DNA of 64,000 nucleotides from a bacterium (GCA_963555815.3 CAUVWX020000001.1:864001-928000), one strand, 5' to 3'; shown: positions 1 to 9,779, counted from the stretch's first letter. The notes: generated by a model from the letters alone, not told the origin. Numbers and translations: made by a program.

Positions 1-193
1 AGAAGACGACGATCTCGTCCTCGGGGTCAAGCTCAAAGGTCCTTGACGGGACATCGCCCATCGGGATGTGAAGGGCCCCCGGGAGCTTCGCCAGAAGAAG
101 CTCCTCCGGCTCCCGGACATCCAAGAGGACAATCGTCTCTCCCCCGTCAAGGCGATTCTTCAGCTGTCTTGCCGTGATTTCGTAAGTCTCCAT
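1..193 (-). CDS. Rhodanese-like domain protein (5' part; runs off window start)
   Basis: Manual minus-strand translation from ATG at 193: METYEITARQLKNRLDGGETIVLLDVREPEELLLAKLPGALHIPMGDVPSRTFELDPEDEIVVF. LLDVREPxE and PGAxHIP are rhodanese motifs. Not in the ORF track. Confidence 0.85.
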   Translation of the reverse strand, partial: METYEITARQLKNRLDGGETIVLLDVREPEELLLAKLPGALHIPMGDVPSRTFELDPEDEIVVF

Positions 194-327
194 AGAGATT
201 TTTCCTATCAAACTATCATATTTTTCCTTTCGAGGATCGTTCATGCAGTGTGCAAGATTGGGCCTCTCAAAGAATTTGCTTCAGCGTTTTTTCGTGCTTT
301 TGCAGACATTGTTGAAACTCTCTCGGC

Positions 328-1347
328 TCAAAGGGGGGATTCCCCACCCTCACTGGCCGAGACGAGCGTCCGAAGGCTCAGGTTTTCCCGCCAGAGGTAA
401 ACCAGGCCGGCCAGGATGATGGGAAAAAAGGCCACTGCGTGCGCTACGACAGAAAGGCTCAGGGCCACCCCCTGTGGGACACCGTAAAAACTGGCACCGT
501 AGACGGTCGCTGCATGATAGGTTCCCACAAAGCTCGGGGAGGAGGGAAGGATGACGGCGACGGACTGGACCATCAGGAGGAGGAGAGGGGCGTGCCACGG
601 AAGATCCAGACCGAAGGCTCGAAGGGAAAAATAATTGACCCCTAGGGTGATGGCCCACATCAGGAAGGAGAGGCCCATGATCTTTGCTCCGTCGGCCACC
701 GAGTCGGCGAAGAAGATCCCGCCGATGAAGCCCCTCGCCGTCCCAAGGGCCCCTTGGGACCAGCGCTTGGGCAAGGGACGGAGAATGACCTCCACCACTC
801 GGAGGGTCTTGTCGGGCCGATACCTGAGGAGGACCAGGAAGGCGACGATGGTGACGTAAAAGGCGAGGGACAAGATACCTGCTACCCGAAGGAAACGAGC
901 CATCCCCTCGCTTTCTTCGGAGAATGGAATCGAGAGAAGGGCGACTAAAAGAAAGATGAGGATCCAGCCGCCGTCCATGAGCCGCTCTACCACGATGGAG
1001 GCAAAAGCGGCGCTCTTGCTGGTCCCCTCCCGTCTCCCCAGAGACCAGGCGCGGATGAATTCTCCCATTCGGGCGGGTAGGAGGCCGTTGGCCATGAAGC
1101 CGATGGAGGTGGCCGAGAGACGGCTTTCGAAAGTGGCGCGCCGGCTGCGGGTCATCAGGTAGCCCCATCGCCAGGAGCGGAGGACGAGGGCCAATAGGAT
1201 GATCGCCACCCCGGGCAGAACCCAGAGATACTGCGCCGAGCGGAAAGCGGTCCCCACAGACGCAAAGTCGATCTGGTAGAGGAGTAAGGCGACGGCGGCC
1301 CCGCTGACAAGGAATCCGATCCAGAACTTAGAAGACAAGCGAGTCAA
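328..1347 (-). CDS. Lysylphosphatidylglycerol synthase TM-domain / UPF0104 flippase-like membrane protein
   Basis: Multi-TM 339 aa; motifs LRSWRW, GFMANGLLPARMGEFIR, VVERLMD, PSSPSFVGTYH. Confidence 0.85.
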   Translation of the reverse strand: MTRLSSKFWIGFLVSGAAVALLLYQIDFASVGTAFRSAQYLWVLPGVAIILLALVLRSWRWGYLMTRSRRATFESRLSATSIGFMANGLLPARMGEFIRAWSLGRREGTSKSAAFASIVVERLMDGGWILIFLLVALLSIPFSEESEGMARFLRVAGILSLAFYVTIVAFLVLLRYRPDKTLRVVEVILRPLPKRWSQGALGTARGFIGGIFFADSVADGAKIMGLSFLMWAITLGVNYFSLRAFGLDLPWHAPLLLLMVQSVAVILPSSPSFVGTYHAATVYGASFYGVPQGVALSLSVVAHAVAFFPIILAGLVYLWRENLSLRTLVSASEGGESPL

Positions 1348-1393
1348 CCTCCGAAAGAGAGTTCCCGGAAAATCGCTTGGAAGGAACCGGACA

Positions 1394-2329
1394 TCAGGAA
1401 GACTGAGACCCCTGAAAATAGGCCTTGGCGGTGGCGACGTCCTTTTGGATCTGCTTCACCAGCGCTTCAGGCGAAGGGAAGGTTTTTTCGTCCCGAAGTT
1501 TTTGGCAAAACTGGACCTCCAGGGTTTCGCCGTAGAGGTCCTGATGAAAATCGAAAAGATGGGTCTCAACAGAGAGGTCAGAGCCCCCGAAGGTCGGGTT
1601 GACCCCCACGTTGACTACCCCCTTATGGATCTTTCCGCGAACCTTCATCCGGGCCACATAGACCCCTCTTCGCGGCAGCTCGGCCTCGGCGGGGTTCAGA
1701 TTGGCCGTCGCAAACCCCAGGTCGGCCCCGCGCCTTGCCCCTTTCATTACCTCACCGAGGACGGCGTAGTTTCTCCCCAGCATCCGTGAGGCCGTTTCCA
1801 CATCTCCTTCAGCGAGGAGGCGGCGAATCGACGAACTACTCACCACCCGGCCCCCTACCTCCAAGGGTTCCATCACATGCACCGGGACCCCCTCCCGGCT
1901 CGCCACCTCCTTCAGGAGGCGCGCATTCCCTGCGCGGCCCTTGCCAAAGTTGAAATTATAGCCTACGACCACCTCCTGGGCACCCACCCTCCCCAAGACG
2001 ATCTTCTGAATGAAATCCAACGCGGAGGTCTCGCTGAACTCCCGGGTGAAAGGAACGATCAGGGTTACGTCCAACCCGCATGCGCCCATGAGCATCTTTT
2101 TGGCCCCGTGGAGGGCGAGAGAGCGAATCTCCCGATGCGGGGCGAAGAATTTTTCTGGATGAGGCCAGAAAGTCATGGCCATGGCCGTCCCACCCTTTGG
2201 ACGCGCCAATTCGATAGCCTGAGCGAAGAGCTTCTGATGGGCCAGATGGACCCCGTCGAAATTCCCAATCGTAAGGACAGGATAGGGATAGGGTTGATGG
2301 AGCTCGTCAAGTCCCTCTAGAATCTCCAT
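1394..2329 (-). CDS. ribF: Bifunctional riboflavin kinase / FAD synthetase
   Basis: IGNFDGVHLAHQ, VVGYNFNFG, VSSSSIR, GFATANL, VETHLFDF, LRDEKTF. Confidence 0.95.
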   Translation of the reverse strand: MEILEGLDELHQPYPYPVLTIGNFDGVHLAHQKLFAQAIELARPKGGTAMAMTFWPHPEKFFAPHREIRSLALHGAKKMLMGACGLDVTLIVPFTREFSETSALDFIQKIVLGRVGAQEVVVGYNFNFGKGRAGNARLLKEVASREGVPVHVMEPLEVGGRVVSSSSIRRLLAEGDVETASRMLGRNYAVLGEVMKGARRGADLGFATANLNPAEAELPRRGVYVARMKVRGKIHKGVVNVGVNPTFGGSDLSVETHLFDFHQDLYGETLEVQFCQKLRDEKTFPSPEALVKQIQKDVATAKAYFQGSQSS

Positions 2330-2491
2330 AAGATACGTTCAGGATAGAGACGAATCCCTCCCTAGCAGAAAGCGGTGAGGCCCTAATGAACAGCATATAT
2401 CACCACTTTTTCCACCGTATCAACCTTCGACTACGATCTTTGACTACGATGACAATCAGCGCTGGAGGAGAAACGAGGAAAACCCCACGCC

Positions 2492-2521
2492 TTGACATGT
2501 AGGAACGTGAAGCGATAGTTT
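2492..2521 (+). promoter_or_regulatory. Candidate sigma70 promoter for tolC-ruvX
   Basis: TTGACA (2492-2497), 18-nt spacer, TAGTTT (2516-2521). Confidence 0.4.
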
Positions 2522-2632
2522 CCTTCAAGCGACTGAAACTAACCAACTTATCGGACTCTCGAATCCCCAGGTAAGGAGCCGAGAATTTCCTCTATTACCC
2601 CCGAGCACCAAACCAATGGGAGCAACTTCATC

Positions 2633-4153
2633 ATGAATCGAGGACCAAGGAATCAAAAGGTGATGGGTCGTGTGACGGTCCTTGTGGCGGTGGCCGCATC
2701 TCTCTTCTTTTCCGTGGTCGCGCGCGCCCAGCCTCCTCCCCGGACCCTTCAACTCTCCCTGAAGGATAGCATCGGGCGGGCCCTTCAAAAGAATTTTGAA
2801 ATCCAGGTGGAAAGGTTTAATCCCCAGATCCGCGATCAGGACATTGTCCGCGAAGAGGCCGCCTTTGATCTGTCCGTGTTTGCCGATGCCAACGCCAACT
2901 TCGAGCGGACTCCCAGCATCTCCGCTTTGTCCCAAATTGAAGAGCGGCAGGTTGAATCTCAGGTGGCCGATGTCGGTGTCCGCCAGCGGTTCAAGACGGG
3001 TACCGAATACGGCGTCTCCTTCGAAACGATCAGAAGCAAGGATAATGCGGCCTTTATCCGCTTTGCGCCCGCCTACACCCCCAGGTTGAATCTGACGCTT
3101 CGCCAAAATCTCCTCAAGAACTTCGGCGTCAACACCAACACCACGGCCATCCGGGTCGCCCGGAACGACCGCGAGGTCTCGGAGTTCGCCTTCAAGGACC
3201 AGGTCATTCAGACGATCTCCGAGGTCCAGAACCTCTACTGGGAGTTCGTCTTCAGCATCCAGGACCTTGAGGTCAAGCACCAGTCTCTTGGCCTGGCCCA
3301 GGACCTTCTGAGGAAAAACAGGATCCAGGTGGAGGTCGGAACCCTCGCCCCTATCGAGATCATCCAGGCCGAGGCCAGTGTGGCGAGCCGGGAGGCGGAC
3401 GTCATCGTGGCCGAGCGCCTGGCCCAGGACAATGAGGACCTCCTCAAGCGGGTCATCAACCTGGACCCCGGGGAGTGGGATGTCCCCTTAGAGCCCACCG
3501 ACGAGCCACCCTTTGAGGAAAAGTCCCCCGCACTCAAGGAAAACTATCAGGCGGCCCTGAAGAACCGGCCGGACCACGCCCAGGCCAAACTGGACCTCGA
3601 GACCAAGACCCTGGAGGTCTCCTTCGAGCGCAACCAGCTTCTCCCCACCGTGGACCTCAAGGGGAGCTTTGGGCTGAACGGGCTCGAAGACTCCTTCACC
3701 GAGTCCCTCTCGGATTTCGGCACCGGAGACTTCTTCTCTTGGGAAGTGGGGGTGGCCTTTGACTACCCCTTCGGAAACCGGGTCGCCAAGAGCCGCCTGA
3801 CCCAGAGGAGGCTCGAGGTGAACCAGGCCCAGACCTCACTCGATAGCCTGGAACAGCAGATCTTTCTCGAAGTCCGCGAGGCGGTGCGCCGAGTTGAGAC
3901 GGATCAGAAGCGCGTGTCCGCCACCCGAGCGGCCAGAGTCCTGTCGGAAAGGAAGCTGGAAGCCGAGGAAAAGAAGCTTGAGGTGGGGCTCTCGACCAGC
4001 TTCAACGTGCTAGAGTTCCAGGAAGACCTGGCAGAGTCCCGAAGCGATGAGACACGATCCATCACCGATTACAATCGATCCCTGGTGAGCCTTGACCGGA
4101 CCGTGGGGCTCACCCTGGAACAACATCAGATTCAACTGGAGAGAGGTCCTTAG
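2633..4153 (+). CDS. TolC-family outer membrane efflux protein
   Basis: Signal peptide, LSLKDSIGRALQKN, two OEP halves, ALKNRPD, NQLLPTVDL, LEAEEKKLEVGLST. Start could be ATG 2663. Confidence 0.9.
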   Translation: MNRGPRNQKVMGRVTVLVAVAASLFFSVVARAQPPPRTLQLSLKDSIGRALQKNFEIQVERFNPQIRDQDIVREEAAFDLSVFADANANFERTPSISALSQIEERQVESQVADVGVRQRFKTGTEYGVSFETIRSKDNAAFIRFAPAYTPRLNLTLRQNLLKNFGVNTNTTAIRVARNDREVSEFAFKDQVIQTISEVQNLYWEFVFSIQDLEVKHQSLGLAQDLLRKNRIQVEVGTLAPIEIIQAEASVASREADVIVAERLAQDNEDLLKRVINLDPGEWDVPLEPTDEPPFEEKSPALKENYQAALKNRPDHAQAKLDLETKTLEVSFERNQLLPTVDLKGSFGLNGLEDSFTESLSDFGTGDFFSWEVGVAFDYPFGNRVAKSRLTQRRLEVNQAQTSLDSLEQQIFLEVREAVRRVETDQKRVSATRAARVLSERKLEAEEKKLEVGLSTSFNVLEFQEDLAESRSDETRSITDYNRSLVSLDRTVGLTLEQHQIQLERGP

Positions 4154-4242
4154 GAACCCGTTGACCAAAGCCTCTCGGCTGGGCAATTGAGGATGATGGC
4201 CCAGCACCATCTTTTCTCAGACGTCTGGCGGAAGGGAGGAAT

Positions 4243-4665
4243 GTGGGACGCATCCTTGCCGTCGATCTGGGGAGCCGTCGCATTGGGCTCGCCATCAGCG
4301 ACGAACTGGAACTCACGGGCCAACCCATGGGGAGCCTGCCCAGCCGAGGAGAAAGGGCAAACCTGGAGACGATTGCCCAGGTGGCCCGGCAAGAGGAAGC
4401 GGTAGGGATAGTGGTAGGACTCCCCCTTCGGCTGGATGGGAGCCGGGGTCCTGAGGCACGGCGGGCAGAGCGTTTTGTCAAGGGCCTTCAGGCAGCCCTG
4501 GACATCCCCGTCTGGGCTTCGGACGAACGCCTCACCACCGCCCAGGCAGAGCGGGTCCTGATCGAAGGAGGAGAAAGGCGCCAGAAGCGCCGCCAGGCCC
4601 TTCATCCTGTCGCTGCCGCCCTTATCCTCCAAGGGTTTCTCGACCGCAGGGGAAAAAGGGCTTGA
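4243..4665 (+). CDS. ruvX: YqgF/RuvX family pre-16S rRNA nuclease / Holliday junction resolvase-like
   Basis: RILAVDLGSRRIGLAISD, IVVGLP, DERLTT, AAALILQGFLD. Confidence 0.9.
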   Translation: MGRILAVDLGSRRIGLAISDELELTGQPMGSLPSRGERANLETIAQVARQEEAVGIVVGLPLRLDGSRGPEARRAERFVKGLQAALDIPVWASDERLTTAQAERVLIEGGERRQKRRQALHPVAAALILQGFLDRRGKRA

Positions 4666-4746
4666 TCCGGTTTTGATTCCCCTTTAGGCTTTTTGGACAG
4701 ACTGATTTAATGGGGATTTTGTTCACGGGATAGCGAGGTAGACGTC

Positions 4747-7567
4747 ATGAAAGCTACTCGAACTTTCGTCTGGGTGGCGTCTTTCATTTTCACCTTCTTG
4801 TTTTCTATGTCCGGGGTGGCCCGAGCGCAGGTGTCAAGCCCGTATGGCGACTCCTATGCGATCGTGGTTGGGATTAACGCTTATAAGGGCGGTGCCCCGA
4901 GGCTCAACTATGCCGTGAACGATGCCAACAGCATGAAGGAGTCCCTTCTTAAGCTTGGTTTTTCTGAGATCATTTTACTTTTGGATGAGGAGGCGACGGC
5001 CCAGGCCATTCGGGCGGCCTTTGGGAAGCTGTCTCGTAAGACGAAGGAAGAGGACCGAGTCTTTGTCTTTTATGCTGGTCATGGGTTGACGAGGGACCTC
5101 CCGGGAGGAGGGGAGATGGGCTATCTCCTTCCTGTGGACGGGGACAAGGATCGGATTGTCGAGACCGGGATTCCGATGCGCGAGGTCCAGAGCCTCTCGC
5201 TTGAGCTTCCTGCCAAGCACGTCTTCTTTGCGGTGGACGCTTGCTACTCTGGTTTGATGGCGGCTCGGAGCGTGGTGGTCACGCAGAGGCCTGGGGTGGG
5301 GGTGGACGTGGACCATCTCACGCGGGGTCGGCTTCGTCAGATCCTGACGGCTGGTGAGCGTGACCAGCCGGTGGGGGAGGAGGCGGGTCACGGGCTCTTT
5401 ACCCGAAGGCTTCTTGAGGGGCTGGATGGTGAGGCGGACGTGAGCCCCCGGGACGGCGTCCTGACGGCCGAGGAGCTTGCGGCCTTTGTGCAGGGTCGGG
5501 TGACGGCCGCCTCTCAAGGCCGACAGACGCCCTTCTTTGGGACCATGCAGGGTGTGGGGCAGTTTGTCTTTTCCGTGCCCGGGCCTGTCGAGAGGCGGCA
5601 GCACGCTGACCCGTCCGACCGGGATCGGGTGGGGCGTTTGGCTGAGCTGCTTGAGGGGGGGAACATCACGGGGCATGAGTATGAGGAGGCGAAGCGGGTT
5701 TTGGAGGGTGCGTTTCGGTCGGACCGTGAGCGGGGGCTTCTTCCTCTGGCGCGCCAGCTGGCCGACGGTCGTCTGGCCCCCCCCTGTGTATCGTCTTGCT
5801 CGAGACGGGGTTTTGGCGAGCCGGACCGATCTGAGGCCGGGCCCTCCCCGAAGGGACGAGGGCGACAAGCTTGTTGCGCTCTTGAACCGGGCGGATTCTC
5901 AGTTTTCACGCCGGCGCTACACGACGCCCGCTGGGGACAATGCGCATGAGACGCTTCAGGAGGCCCTGAGGCTGGACCCGAGCAACATTCGGGCGCTCGA
6001 TAAGCTTCAGGAGATGGCGGAGATTTATCGTGGGTGGGGCGAGCAGGACTTTGAGCGGGGCAATTTTGAGCGGGCTCGGCAGAACTACAACAAGATACTC
6101 ACCATCTTCCCCGAGGACCGCGAGGCCATAGACCGCCTGGCAGCTGTCGACACCGCTGAACGGGCGGAGGCCGAGCGACGGCGCCTGGCCAGAATCGAAC
6201 GAGAAAGGCCTGAGGAGCAGGAGACTCTGGATACCCGCCTGCGGCGCGAGAGGGGGTTTTCGAGGGTAGAAGGGGTGTGGACGACGGAGAGGACGGGCGA
6301 GTGGCAGACCGATCAAGGCGTTTCCTACCCGACGCAGAGGACCCTTACCCTGACGCTTCAAGTGGAGGGACAGACTGTCCAAGGAGCCCTGGTGGCAGGT
6401 GAGGTGGACACACTTCCCTTAGACAACTATTGGGTCGACCAGGTCACCAGTGAGCGTTGTGGCGTGGGGCCGGACGGTCGAGTCAGGACCGCAGAGAGCC
6501 GTCAACCCCTGGAGGGGACCGTCCACGAAGATGGGTCAGTGACGTTCACGACGGTCTCTGGTGCAATCCTCTCGGACGAGTGCGGTCTTCTGCGCTCAGG
6601 GGGGGTAGATTCCATTCAACCCACAGGGACCTATAGTGGGGAGCTTTCTCCAGACGATCTCTCTCTCACTCTAAATTGGACGTGGGTGGAATTCCTCGGC
6701 GGCGACAGCATAATCCTGAGTGCCGTGGAGTCCGAGCGTAGGGTCAGCCTGCGGCCCGAGAGGACGGTTTCGAGGGTAGAAGGGGTGTGGACGACAGTCA
6801 GGACTGGCCAGGACAAGACCGACGGTGGGACTCCCTTCCCTTCGGAAAGGACCCTCACTCTGGTGCTCCAAGCAGACGGGAGCACTCTTCGCGGATCCAT
6901 GACGACCCATTCGGTAGGCACCCTACCGTCTGAAAACCATTGGGTCGACGAAATTACCAGTGAGCGTTGTGGCGGGGCGCCGGACGGCCGGGTCAGGCAC
7001 GCAGAGGGCCGTCAACCCCTGGAGGGGACTGTCCACGAAGATGGGTCGGTGACGTTCACGACATCCTCTGGTGAGAGTGTCGTGGACGACTGCAGCCTCC
7101 TTCGAAAGCATGGGCCGGACCGTCTCTTGGACACGGGGACTTTTAACGGGGAACTTTCCTCGGATGGTGGCTCCATCACCCTGGACTGGGAGTGGTCGGA
7201 CTTTCTCGGCGGTGGCAACATGATCCTGAGTAGGGTGGGCGAGGGGTTCCAGCGGCTCGGGTCCGTTGATCCGGAGGTCCGAGGGGCCATTAATATCTTG
7301 ATTGTTTATGAGAATCGTTTCGAGGCAAAGCTGCAAGAGCTGCTCTCCGAACTTCGCAGTCTCGGCTATGACCCGAGTCTGGGGAACGTTTCGGAGGGGT
7401 TTTCTTGCACCGCGAATGCACGAGCCCTGGCGTTGGGGGGCAAGACCGACGGCGCAGTCCTGGATGAGCTTCGCAGCGTAGCGAACGGCGTGATGCCGAA
7501 CTTCTTTACGGAATGGGTGGATGAGACTGAGTCCAACCACATCTACCTGTGCGAGAGTGAGGGTTGA
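4747..7567 (+). CDS. Exported caspase-family (peptidase C14) multidomain protein, interrupted by a +1 frameshift in C8 at 5777-5784 (939 aa if C7)
   Basis: Sec signal (...VARA/Q); C14 motifs AIVVGINAY, LNYAVNDA, FYAGHG (His), VDACYSG (Cys), GHGLFT, GRQTP. Removing one C joins ORF 4747..5949 to the frame of ORF 5537..7567 (LAPPVYRLARD...), adding a TPR-like segment, two repeated domains and a C-terminal alpha/beta domain. Confidence 0.8.
6238..7240 (+). repeat. Intragenic tandem duplication, two copies with a 510-nt period (about 6238-6730 and 6748-7240)
   Basis: Shared DNA blocks TTTCGAGGGTAGAAGGGGTGTGGACGAC, CCAGTGAGCGTTGTGGCG and GCCGTCAACCCCTGGAGGGGAC.GTCCACGAAGATGGGTC.GTGACGTTCACGAC. Protein SRVEGVWTT...TSERCG...RQPLEGTVHEDGSVTFTT...FLGG occurs twice. 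Confidence 0.95.
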
Positions 7568-7697
7568 TTCTCCCTCCCAAACCATTCCCCGGTCACTTCT
7601 GAAATACAAGATGGCCAGAAAAGAGATCTTTTGACCTCTGGCTGTCGTCCTGTTGGGTCTTCTTCTTATGATGTAGGGGGATTTGTCCCGCCCGGGC

Positions 7698-8603
7698 TCA
7701 GGTTTCCCGGTCCCCCCCAATTCGAGGAAAGAGGGGGACAGGTTCCTTCTTGCCGTCCTCGGAATATTTAAAAAAGCCGATCCCCGTCTTTTTCCCAAGG
7801 TGCCCCGCCCGAGCCATCTGCTTGAGAAGGGGAGAGGCCTTGAAGCGCTCTCCGAATTCCTCTTCCAGGATTGCGAGGACGTGCACCACAGTGTCGATTC
7901 CCACGAGGTCCATGAGGGCGCAGGGGCCCATGGGCATGTTCATGCAGAAGACCATGGCCTCATCCACGTCCTGTGGGGCATTACCGCTGCTGACGGACAG
8001 GGCGGCCTCATTGAGATAGGCCGTGAGGAGGCGGCTTGTGATGAAGCCGGCGTAGTCCAGGGCGACGACGGGGTGCTTATCGAGACGGCGTGTGAAGTCA
8101 ATGCAGGTCTTCACCGTATCGTCCCCTGTCAGCCTTCCCCTGATCAACTCAACCCCCTTCATGATGGGGGCCGGGTTCATGAAGTGGATCCCGATGACGC
8201 GCTCGGGCCGGCGGGTGGAAGCGGCGATGACGGTGATGGGGATGGAAGAGGTTGAGCTCCCCAGGATGGCACCCTCCCGGCACAGGGAATCGAGCTTCCC
8301 GAAGATCTCCAGCTTGATGTCAAGCTGCTCCGGCATCGCCTCAATGATGAGGTCCGTCGCTGAGACCTCCTCAATGTCTGTGGTTGGCCGGATGCGCCGG
8401 ATGATCCCCTCCTTCTCTGCGGAGGAGAGGGTCTCTTTTCGGACAAACCGGTCGAGGCTCTCGTTGATGGACTGAAGCGCCTGGTCCATCGATTCCTTTC
8501 GGCGGCCCACCATGGCAACCTCATACCCGCCCGTCGCTATGACTTGGGAGATGGCGCTCCCCATGGTCCCCGAGCCGAGGACCGAGACCCGCTGGATCTC
8601 CAT
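7698..8603 (-). CDS. 3-hydroxybutyryl-CoA / 3-hydroxyacyl-CoA dehydrogenase
   Basis: VLGSGTMGS, IIEAMPE, GIHFMNP, GFITSRL, PMGPCALMDLVGID, LGKKTGIGFFKY. Confidence 0.92.
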   Translation of the reverse strand: MEIQRVSVLGSGTMGSAISQVIATGGYEVAMVGRRKESMDQALQSINESLDRFVRKETLSSAEKEGIIRRIRPTTDIEEVSATDLIIEAMPEQLDIKLEIFGKLDSLCREGAILGSSTSSIPITVIAASTRRPERVIGIHFMNPAPIMKGVELIRGRLTGDDTVKTCIDFTRRLDKHPVVALDYAGFITSRLLTAYLNEAALSVSSGNAPQDVDEAMVFCMNMPMGPCALMDLVGIDTVVHVLAILEEEFGERFKASPLLKQMARAGHLGKKTGIGFFKYSEDGKKEPVPLFPRIGGDRET

Positions 8604-8606
8604 TTT

Positions 8607-9761
8607 TTAGTCCTCCAGCTCTAGGATGGTGGCATTGGCCATCCCGTGTCCAATGCACATGGTCTGAAGACCAAATCGCCCTTCCGTGTCCTCCAGGGCG
8701 TGAAGGAGCGTCGTGGCGATCCTGGCCCCTGTCGCCCCCAGGGGGTGACCCAGGGAGATGCCACCCCCGCGGGTGTTCATCTTCTTCAGGTCGGGGCGCC
8801 ACTCTCGGGCCCAGGCCAGGACGATGGAGGCGAAGGCCTCGTTCACCTCGATGAGGTCCATGTCCTTCAGGTCAAGCCCAGCCCGATCCAAAATTTTTTG
8901 CGTCACTTTGATGACGCCCGTGAGCTGATAAATAGGGTCATCGCCGACAACGGCCGTCGCGTAGATCCGTGCCCGGGGCTTTAGGTCCAAGGCTTGTGCT
9001 TTCTCTCGGGCCATGAGGAGGAGGGCCGCCGCCCCGTCGCTCATCTGGCTGGAGTTTCCCGCCGTCACCCTGCCCCCTTCCTGAAAGACCGGCTCCAGGG
9101 CGGCCATCTTCTCCAGGGAGGTGTCTGATCTTGGGCCCTCATCCTCTTCGAAGAGGACCTCCTGTCCGTTCTGCTGGAGAGTGAGGGGGACGATCTCCCG
9201 GTCAAAGAATTTTCGCTCCTGGGCGTCACACGCCCGCCGGTGGCTCTCCATCGAGTATTCGTCCAGATCCTTTCGGCTGAGCCCCCATTTCTCGGCCACC
9301 ATTTCCGCCGAGATCCCCTGGGGAATCATTCGGTAGCGGTCCCGGAGTTTTCGGCTGAATTTCGCGCCGTCGGATCCCATGGGGACCCGGCTCATGCTCT
9401 CCACCCCGGCGGCGATCACGATGTCCATGTCTCCTGAGCGGATGGCCTGGGAGGCGAACTGGAGGGACTGGTCACCCGAAGCGCACATGCGGTTCACGGT
9501 GGTGGCCGGGACCTGCGGGGGAAAACCCGCGATAAGGGCGGATAGGCGGGCGACGTTGAAGCCCTGCTCGCCGGTGGGAGTCGAGCACCCCATGACGATA
9601 TCCTCAACGTCCCCGTGCGGGATCCCCACGCGCTCGACCAGGGCGTTCAGGACCTGGGCGGCCATCTCATCGGGCCGAAGGGAGCTGAGCGCCTTCTCGC
9701 GTTTCCCGATGGGGGACCGGACGGCACCGACGATGACCGCATCTCGCTTATCCCGTTTCAT
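8607..9761 (-). CDS. Thiolase (acetyl-CoA C-acyltransferase)
   Basis: VNRMCASG, AGVESMS, TAGNSSQMSDGA, EVNEAF, GHPLGATG, MCIGHG. Confidence 0.95.
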   Translation of the reverse strand: MKRDKRDAVIVGAVRSPIGKREKALSSLRPDEMAAQVLNALVERVGIPHGDVEDIVMGCSTPTGEQGFNVARLSALIAGFPPQVPATTVNRMCASGDQSLQFASQAIRSGDMDIVIAAGVESMSRVPMGSDGAKFSRKLRDRYRMIPQGISAEMVAEKWGLSRKDLDEYSMESHRRACDAQERKFFDREIVPLTLQQNGQEVLFEEDEGPRSDTSLEKMAALEPVFQEGGRVTAGNSSQMSDGAAALLLMAREKAQALDLKPRARIYATAVVGDDPIYQLTGVIKVTQKILDRAGLDLKDMDLIEVNEAFASIVLAWAREWRPDLKKMNTRGGGISLGHPLGATGARIATTLLHALEDTEGRFGLQTMCIGHGMANATILELED

Positions 9762-9779
9762 GGCTCATCCCCGACGGCG

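Noticed and set aside
6238..7240. Diversity-generating retroelement TR/VR pair
   Set aside because: Both copies are coding and in frame, differences are not adenine-specific, and there is no reverse transcriptase in the window.
5537..7567. Treating the 676-aa ORF as an independent gene
   Set aside because: Its first ~80 aa look like out-of-frame text overlapping the caspase ORF; a single-base correction gives a seamless fusion.
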